From positions 15,895 through 79,894 of the forward strand of contig CAXTMT010000001.1 of the NCBI GenBank assembly GCA_964245355.1: a stretch of DNA of 64,000 bases, in the 5' to 3' direction. Origin of the DNA: an uncultured Sphingomonadaceae bacterium (GTDB lineage Bacteria > Pseudomonadota > Alphaproteobacteria > Sphingomonadales > Sphingomonadaceae). Below the pieces are notes generated by a model. The model saw only the letters and a program-made list of their open reading frames with translations. It was not told the origin of the DNA and made no database searches. A program made the translations under genes and the position numbers. This document shows, piece by piece, positions 57,631 through 64,000 of this stretch (position 1 is the first letter of the stretch; every line of letters begins with the position of its first letter).

Positions 57631-58995
57631 ATGTCGCCGGTGCGGGTCGTAGATATCGCTCGAGCAGTCGATGAAAGTCCGCTCGGCGGTTTTCAAAAGC
57701 GCATCATGGGTGTTTGCTTCCTGATTTCCATGATCGAAGGCTTCGATACGCAGGCCATCGCGTTCGCCGCACCGACGATAGCGTCCCAATGGATGCTCTC
57801 ACCTTCGCTGTTCGGGCCGATTTTCAGCGCCGGACTGCTGGGAAGCGTGCTGGGCACGATCGTGATGGGTCGGATCCAAGATCGCTTCGGGAGACGCAAG
57901 GCCCTGTTGAATTCCATTTTCGCGTTCGGTGCTCTGACCGCGCTCACGGGCTTCGCGACTTCTTTTCAAAGTCTTCTGGCATTGCGTTTTCTTGCGGGAA
58001 TCGGTCTCGGCGCGGCTATTCCCAATCTGTTCGCCTATGTCTCCGAATTCGCCCCTGCGCGGCTGAGAGGATCTGCCGTCGCCGTCACGGTAGCGGGTTT
58101 TCCGTTCGGCGCGGCCGTTGGTGGATTGCTCGCAACTCCCTTCGTCGAAACCCATGGCTGGCAACCTATTTTCTGGTTCGGCGGAGCAATCCCTCTGCTG
58201 ATCATTCCGGTTGTGTGGGCTGTGTTTCCGGAAACCGTTCGGTTTTTGGCCCTCAGGCCCGGCTCTCAAGCTGAAGTAGCGGCCCTGCTGCGGCGAATTA
58301 ATCCTGGTCTGATCTTTCCGGCCGACACCTTGTTCGTTCTGAACGAACCGACGGTATCCGCTGCGTCTTTCGCCGGCCTGTTTCGGGGCGCGCTCCTGCC
58401 ACGGAGCATCCTGCTGCCCGTTGCGCTTTCCAGCAGCCTTCTGCTTGCGTACTGCCTTTTGAACTGGATACCGATCCTGCTCCGGCAGTCCGGACTGGAC
58501 GGAAAGAGCGCTTTACACGCCACCGTCGTTTTCAACATTGCGGGGATTGTCGGTACGCTGGTCCTGACCAACCTCATTGATAGAGGCGGCCGCCCGTTGC
58601 TGATCATGGGCAACGCGTACCTCGTCGGATGCCTGTCGGTCGCATCGATCGGCCTCGCGGGAAATTCGCTCTGGTCCATCCTGGCGGTGGTTTTTCTGTC
58701 CGGCTTCTTCATTACCGGTCCGCAACTCTCGCTGACGGCCTACATCGCTAATTACTATCCCACGGCGATCCGCGGTACCGGTATCGGCTGGGCCCATGGA
58801 ATGGGTCGGGTCGGATCGTTGTTGGGACCGCTGATCGGCGGGATGCTGTTGCGTCTCGATACATCGCTTCCCCTGCTTTTCTCCTTGATGAGCGCGTCCG
58901 CACTCGTCAGTGCCGGGGCGCTGCTGGGCTTGTTTTTCGGGTTCACGGAAGTCGCGGGCAACAGGGGCCACGCGACTCAGGCGGATCAAGGCTAG
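57631..58995 (+). CDS. MFS aromatic acid:H+ symporter (PcaK-like)
   Basis: EGFD, DRFGRR, RFLAGIGLG, YYPTAIRGTG.GW. Confidence 0.9.
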   Translation: MSPVRVVDIARAVDESPLGGFQKRIMGVCFLISMIEGFDTQAIAFAAPTIASQWMLSPSLFGPIFSAGLLGSVLGTIVMGRIQDRFGRRKALLNSIFAFGALTALTGFATSFQSLLALRFLAGIGLGAAIPNLFAYVSEFAPARLRGSAVAVTVAGFPFGAAVGGLLATPFVETHGWQPIFWFGGAIPLLIIPVVWAVFPETVRFLALRPGSQAEVAALLRRINPGLIFPADTLFVLNEPTVSAASFAGLFRGALLPRSILLPVALSSSLLLAYCLLNWIPILLRQSGLDGKSALHATVVFNIAGIVGTLVLTNLIDRGGRPLLIMGNAYLVGCLSVASIGLAGNSLWSILAVVFLSGFFITGPQLSLTAYIANYYPTAIRGTGIGWAHGMGRVGSLLGPLIGGMLLRLDTSLPLLFSLMSASALVSAGALLGLFFGFTEVAGNRGHATQADQG

Positions 58996-59041
58996 GTCCG
59001 TTGCAGCCATCCATGCCCACGACGATAAGCGGGGATTCACC

Positions 59042-59974
59042 ATGGCATTCTCATTGGCGACCGTCATTCTGGATCGAGGTCGCGTCGGCGCCGTCGAGAC
59101 CGGTGGCGTCTTCTGGTCTCTGGACAGGCTTGTGGCGGCTGGGGCGAAGCTCGGCGCGACGAGCGTCAAGGGGCTGCTGGAAAACTGGACGCATTCGTTT
59201 GCGCAACTCGAACAAATCGCGACCGATTGCGCGGGCGGAATATATGGTGCGGAGCTCTCGATTCCGCGCTCTGCGGTCCGCCTGGACACTCCGGTGCGGT
59301 TTCCGAACAAATTGATCGCGGTCGGTGCCAATTACGCATCCCATCTATCGGAGATGGGTCTGAAGGTTGCCAAATGGTCGCCGATGCCGTTTTTTCTGAT
59401 GTCGCCGACCACATGTCTTGTCGGGCCGGGTCGGACGGTGCGCATGCCCCGCGATTCAAATCAACTGGACTGGGAAATCGAGCTTGCTGTCATCATCGGA
59501 GATCGTCTGGTCGACGCATCTCCTGCCCGCGCATTATCGGCGATCGCCGGCTATTCGATCGGTCTCGACCTCACGGCGCGCGATCTGGTTTCTCCGAAGG
59601 ATCAGCCGGCGGATTTCGTCCGTGGCAAGGGACAGGACACCATGGCGCCTTGCGGGCCTTCGATGCTGCCGGCTCAATTCGTCAGGGACCCCCACGACCT
59701 GAGACTGACGCTGGATGTCAACGGGCGTCGATATCAAGACGGTTCGACAAGCGAGATGATCTATCGGATCGACGAGCAAATCAGCATCGTGAGCCGTTTC
59801 GTCACGATCGAGCCGGGCGATATTTTTTTCACCGGAACCCCTGCCGGGACCGGGAAGAAACACGGCGTATTTCTCAAGCCGGGTGATCGCATAAGGGGGG
59901 AGATCGGGCCGATCGGGATGCTGGAGATCGAGGTGGGGGATCTTCATCTCAACGATGACATGGAATTGCTATAA
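59042..59974 (+). CDS. Fumarylacetoacetate hydrolase family protein
   Basis: VGANY..H, DWEIEL, DLTARD, GKGQDT, EPGDIFFTGTPAG. Confidence 0.9.
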   Translation: MAFSLATVILDRGRVGAVETGGVFWSLDRLVAAGAKLGATSVKGLLENWTHSFAQLEQIATDCAGGIYGAELSIPRSAVRLDTPVRFPNKLIAVGANYASHLSEMGLKVAKWSPMPFFLMSPTTCLVGPGRTVRMPRDSNQLDWEIELAVIIGDRLVDASPARALSAIAGYSIGLDLTARDLVSPKDQPADFVRGKGQDTMAPCGPSMLPAQFVRDPHDLRLTLDVNGRRYQDGSTSEMIYRIDEQISIVSRFVTIEPGDIFFTGTPAGTGKKHGVFLKPGDRIRGEIGPIGMLEIEVGDLHLNDDMELL

Positions 59975-60105
59975 GACTTCTTGCGTCGCATCGCGATTCC
60001 GATGCGACGTCTTGAGATCAACTCACGGTCGCAACCGCTCGCAGACCGGCCAAGGCCGAGCGGCGGCTGTTTGATCGGCAATTTCGTAACAAAGGGAGGA
60101 TCGAA

Positions 60106-61548
60106 GTGCAGGTTGGACTTTTGATAGGAAATGGCGACGTTTCCGCAATTGGCGGCAGAACATTCACGAGAAAAGACCCGATGACGAGCGACCCGGCGAC
60201 CGAAGCCGCCGCTGCCGATGTCGGGGACGTCGACAAAGCGGTTGATGCGGCGGTCGCGGCATTTCCATCCTGGGCCGCAACTTCTCCCAGCGCGCGGAGA
60301 GCGCTGCTTGTCAAAGCTGCCGACGTGATGGTGGAGATGAGCGACCAATTCACCGACACAATGACGCGCGAAACCGGTTCAACCGCTCCTTGGGGACACT
60401 TTAACGTCGCGCTGGCTTCGAACATCCTGCGCGAAGCAGCGTCGATGACGACGCAGATCACCGGTGAAGTGATCCCGTCGGACAAACCGGGCGTTCTTTC
60501 GCTCGCGATCCGCAAACCGGCCGGCGTCTGCGTCGGCATCGCCCCTTGGAACGCCCCCGTGATACTCGGAACGCGCGCGATAGCGATGGCAGTTGCCTGC
60601 GGCAACACCGCGGTCTTGAAGGCGTCCGAGATATGTCCTGGAACCCACCGGCTGATCGGCGATGTTTTTGTCAGAGCCGGCTTTCCGGCCGGGGTCCTGA
60701 ACGTACTGACAAACCAGCCCAGCGATGCCCCGGCCGTCGTCGAGGCGCTGATCGCCCATGCCGCCGTCAGACGCATCAACTTCACCGGCTCGACGAAAAC
60801 CGGCCGGATAATCGCCGAGTCTGCGGGCCGCCACCTCAAGCCGGTTCTGCTCGAGCTCGGAGGAAAGGCGCCTTTGATCGTTCTGGCGGATGCAGATATC
60901 GATCAGGCGGTCGATGCGGCGATCTTCGGTGCCTTCGCCAATCAGGGTCAGATATGCATGTCCACCGAGCGCATCATCGTCGATCAATCCATCGCCGACG
61001 ATTTTGCCCGGAAATTCTCCGACAGGGCGCGCCGACTTCCGGCCGGCAATCCGCGCGAGCACGTCGTTCTGGGATCGCTGGTGAACCTCGAAGCGGCTGA
61101 AAGAATCGATGAACTGGTGGTCGACGCGCGCAATCAGGGGGCTGAGCTGCTCGCGGGCGGAACGCGCAAGGGAACGGTCATGGAAGCGACCGTGCTCGAC
61201 AAGGTCACGCCTGCCATGAGGATCTACAGCGAAGAATCGTTCGGCCCCGCCAAGAGCATAGTGCGCGTCGACGGCGTCGAGGAAGCGATCAGAGTGGCGA
61301 ACGACACGGCATATGGGCTGTCCGCGGCAGTGTTCAGCAAGGACATCAAACTGGCTCTGGAAGTCGCCGCGCGATTGGATACCGGCATCTGCCATATCAA
61401 CGGGCCGACCGTGAGTGACGAAGCCCAAATGCCTTTCGGCGGAGTGAAAGCATCGGGCTACGGACGATTCGGCGGGAAGGCCGCCATCGCCGAATTCACC
61501 GATTTGAGATGGATCACGATAGAGGGTCCGCAACACTACCCGTTCTAG
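60106..61548 (+). CDS. Aromatic aldehyde dehydrogenase (Vdh/NahF-like)
   Basis: IAPWNAP, FTGST, LELGGK, GQICMS, EESFGP, PFGG.K.SGYGRFGG; GTG start with GGAGG. Confidence 0.92.
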   Translation: MQVGLLIGNGDVSAIGGRTFTRKDPMTSDPATEAAAADVGDVDKAVDAAVAAFPSWAATSPSARRALLVKAADVMVEMSDQFTDTMTRETGSTAPWGHFNVALASNILREAASMTTQITGEVIPSDKPGVLSLAIRKPAGVCVGIAPWNAPVILGTRAIAMAVACGNTAVLKASEICPGTHRLIGDVFVRAGFPAGVLNVLTNQPSDAPAVVEALIAHAAVRRINFTGSTKTGRIIAESAGRHLKPVLLELGGKAPLIVLADADIDQAVDAAIFGAFANQGQICMSTERIIVDQSIADDFARKFSDRARRLPAGNPREHVVLGSLVNLEAAERIDELVVDARNQGAELLAGGTRKGTVMEATVLDKVTPAMRIYSEESFGPAKSIVRVDGVEEAIRVANDTAYGLSAAVFSKDIKLALEVAARLDTGICHINGPTVSDEAQMPFGGVKASGYGRFGGKAAIAEFTDLRWITIEGPQHYPF

Positions 61549-61687
61549 AGTTGGCTCGGGGAAGAACGATCCGTTGGAGGCGCGCCACCGCAACCGTTCT
61601 TGCAGATGAGTTGTGCCGCCGCAAGAAAGGCCTGCGGCGGCCGGTCTCGGCTAGCAGTCGGCCGAAACGATGTCTTGGTCTCCATTG

Positions 61688-61737
61688 GAGCATGATCTTG
61701 TTCGGAACACCGGTACCCACTTTCCCGGATCATGCTC
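61688..61737 (+). repeat. Half copy (right hairpin arm) of the palindromic repeat
   Basis: GAGCATGATC..TTCGGAACACCGGTACCCACTTTCCCG..GATCATGCTC. Confidence 0.78.
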
Positions 61738-61764
61738 TGGCTTCGAGTGATGCGATCTGCGGAA

Positions 61765-61980
61765 TCAGAACGACGACGCGGCCGATGGATCGGCGATCAG
61801 ATGGCGCCGCTGCTGCAGCAAGATTCTGGCCGCCCGCTCGGCGTCGCGCGCCGACCGAAACGCGCGACCCTCGAGGCCGTCGAAAGCGCGGTCCGAGGAA
61901 AAGAAGCGGTACCCCCGCGCGTCTCTGGCAACAATGCCTGCGGTACGGCGCTCGATTTCAATGATGTAGGCTTGGGTCAT
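61765..61980 (-). CDS. Small conserved hypothetical protein
   Basis: MTQAYIIEI..RTAGIV.RD.RGYRFFSS...F..LEG..F.S.R.AERAAR, recognised from memory as a rhizobial small protein. Confidence 0.7.
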   Translation of the reverse strand: MTQAYIIEIERRTAGIVARDARGYRFFSSDRAFDGLEGRAFRSARDAERAARILLQQRRHLIADPSAASSF

Positions 61981-62561
61981 GTCTGCTGTTTCACCGGATA
62001 GACCGGAGTCCCCGTATGGTTTGGTGACGACGATGTTTTGAACGAGAAGATCAGCAACAAGCGCCGGTGGCCGCGGAGAAGCACCGCAGCGTCGCGCACC
62101 GATGCGCGTCTCCCGACGCTGATGTTCGATGTGATCGCATGCGCGCAACTCTTGAGCCGGACAATTCCCGGCTTAGATAGTATTGACGCTGGCAATCACG
62201 TCAATGAAATGCCCGTTCAATGTTGTCGGTGCGACGCGTCGGCGGTTCTCTGCATGCAGCAGAAAAGAAAACGGAACGATTTTTGCGGCGTGAGCCGGCC
62301 GTTTGACCCGAAGCTGCGGGCCTCGCGGCGCCGGTGCAATCATCAGGAGTTCGTCGGCAGGGCAGCGTGGCCGGTGACGACGTGAGCCGAGAGATTCAAA
62401 AGCTGTCCCTGCATCGGGCAGGCAATGAAACATTGCTACATCCAGATTGGTCGGCAGCAAGATTTGCGCTTGGGCCGCCCGAATTCAAAACAACGTTGCC
62501 AGCGCAAGATGGTAAGAGGTTGCCGAGCATCGCCGCGACATGTCCTGCCCGGAGCCGACCG

Positions 62562-63974
62562 ATGGCCAGATCAAAAGAATTGCGCTTCAACGCATTCAAC
62601 ATGACCGCGCCGAGCCACAACTGGGCGGGCCTGTGGTCGCACCCGCGAGACACTTCGATTAACTACAACTCGCTCGACTACTGGGTCGATTACGCCAAGA
62701 CCGCGGAGCGCGGGCTGCTCGACGGAATCTTCCTGGCTGACGTCTTCGGCGTCTACGATGTGTTCGGCGACAGTCCGGACACCGCGATACGCCATGCCGT
62801 GCAACTGCCGAACGCCGAGCCGACGCTGCTGGTGTCCGCCATGGCGCTGGCGACCGAGCATCTCGGCTTCGGCATCACCTCGAACCTGACATTCGAGCAT
62901 CCCTACCAACTGGCCCGCCGTTTTTCCACGCTCGATCATCTCACCAACGGGCGCATCGGATGGAATGTCGTCACCGGCTATCTCGACAGCGGGGCGCGCG
63001 GCATGGGTCTTCCCTCCTCGCGCGCCCATGACGAGCGCTATGATGCCGCCGAGGATTTCCTCGAAGTGTCCTATAAATTGTGGGAAGGAAGCTGGGAGGA
63101 CGATGCGGTCCGCCGCGACCGCGACGCGCGGATCTTCACCGACCCGACCAAAGTTCATGCGGTCCGCCACGACGGAAGCCATTATCGCGTCAACGGCATC
63201 CATCTCGCCGAGCCGTCGCCGCAGCGAACGCCGCTGCTGTATCAGGCGGGAACGTCGAAACGCGGTCGCGCGTTCGCCGCGAGACATGCGGAGGCGGTTT
63301 TCCTCACCGGCCAGACCAAGCCGATCCTGGCACGCGCCGCCCGCGAGATCAGGACGGCCGCAAAGGAATTCGGCCGCGATCCCTACGACATCAGGCTGTT
63401 TGCCGGAGCAACCGTCATCGTGGCGCCGACGCGTTCCGAAGCCGAGGACATTCTCGAAGACTACGCCCGGCATGTCGATCAGGCCGGCCAGCTTGCGCTG
63501 CTCTCAGGCTGGACCGGCATCGATTTCTCGACCTACCAGCCGGATCAGGCCGTGCAATATGTCGAGAGCAACGCGATCCAGTCGATGGTGGAGAATTTCA
63601 CGCTGCGAAGCGATCGCCCGGTCCGCATCGGAGACCTCGCCACCTTGAGCCGGGTCGGCGCGCGTTCGCCCTTCGTGGTCGGCTCCCCGCAGGATGTCGC
63701 CGACGAGTTGATCGCCTGGGCCGAGGAGACCGACGTCGACGGCTTCAACCTGTTTCGCCTGGTCGTGCCGGAATCGCTGAACGCCTTCGTCGACCTGGTG
63801 GTGCCGGAACTGCAGTCCCGCGGAGTCTACAAGACCGCTTATCGCGAGGGCACGTTGCGCGAAAAGCTGTTTCCGGGACGAGGCGCCCGCCTGCCCGCGG
63901 CGCATCCGGCTGCGAGCTATCGTCGCGTTGGCGGTTCGTCGGCGAACGATGCGCGATCGGACGCCGCCGAATAG
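62562..63974 (+). CDS. LLM-class FMNH2-dependent monooxygenase (NtaA/DszA/DmoA family)
   Basis: NAFNM, GLW.HP.D, DGIFLADV.G.YD, RFSTLDHLT.GRIGWNVVT, PSPQRTPLLYQAG.S..G, VVPELQ.RG. Confidence 0.92.
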   Translation: MARSKELRFNAFNMTAPSHNWAGLWSHPRDTSINYNSLDYWVDYAKTAERGLLDGIFLADVFGVYDVFGDSPDTAIRHAVQLPNAEPTLLVSAMALATEHLGFGITSNLTFEHPYQLARRFSTLDHLTNGRIGWNVVTGYLDSGARGMGLPSSRAHDERYDAAEDFLEVSYKLWEGSWEDDAVRRDRDARIFTDPTKVHAVRHDGSHYRVNGIHLAEPSPQRTPLLYQAGTSKRGRAFAARHAEAVFLTGQTKPILARAAREIRTAAKEFGRDPYDIRLFAGATVIVAPTRSEAEDILEDYARHVDQAGQLALLSGWTGIDFSTYQPDQAVQYVESNAIQSMVENFTLRSDRPVRIGDLATLSRVGARSPFVVGSPQDVADELIAWAEETDVDGFNLFRLVVPESLNAFVDLVVPELQSRGVYKTAYREGTLREKLFPGRGARLPAAHPAASYRRVGGSSANDARSDAAE

Positions 63975-64000
63975 CCCGCTTGGGCGATAGCGCGGTATTG

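Noticed and set aside
1736-61593. Many long alternative-frame or antisense ORFs (e.g. 1736-2818, 4287-5474, 9170-10417, 16124-17323, 18124-19365, 25302-26432, 48158-49207, 49485-50528, 60379-61593)
   Set aside because: Arg/Gly/Ala-rich shadows of well-supported genes, expected in high-GC DNA; no family motifs.
61651-61687. CTAG-starting segment next to the half repeat as an IS end
   Set aside because: No matching partner end or transposase found in the window.
15926-61737. Repeats as a CRISPR array or autonomous IS
   Set aside because: Dispersed rather than tandem, no spacers, no cas or transposase ORF; short ORFs crossing them (PGPTFPDHAL peptides) are artefacts.
1-64000. tRNA, rRNA, integrase, phage or defence genes
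   Set aside because: None recognised by eye; a covariance-model scan was not possible.

Overview
GC-rich alphaproteobacterial DNA, very probably Bradyrhizobium or a close relative (Omp25-type proteins ending in GPVVAKY, characteristic small hypothetical proteins, GANTC-containing intergenic repeats). Bases 1-16,000 hold the end of a flavin reductase/MarR locus and an envelope module: two outer-membrane beta-barrels, a lipoprotein, a CzcBA/CusBA-type RND pump with TolC, a shortened KdpD-like kinase with a KdpE-like regulator, and a third barrel. Bases 16,000-61,600 are a patchwork of small-molecule catabolic modules with no integrase or transposase. (1) A CoA-dependent aromatic-acid module: DhbE-like ligase, stand-alone salicylyl/anthraniloyl-CoA-hydroxylase-like flavoprotein, VOC protein, two alpha/beta-hydrolases, TetR, MFS and a core MetE-like enzyme. 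(2) A flavin monooxygenase/extradiol dioxygenase/FAH module. (3) A Pot-type ABC importer with a cupin and a cysteine hydrolase. (4) An operon with an outer-membrane channel, MFS, a seven-repeat EAR/EPTP beta-propeller, a 399-aa protein of unknown function, an aldolase and a lactonase-like amidohydrolase. (5) An amidohydrolase/NifU-domain pair with GntR, MFS, FAH and an aldehyde dehydrogenase. Modules 4 and 5 are the best candidates for an undescribed system. Four copies of a ~100-bp palindromic repeat are present, one with a clean TA-duplication insertion signature. All family calls are from motif recognition by eye; no database search was run.
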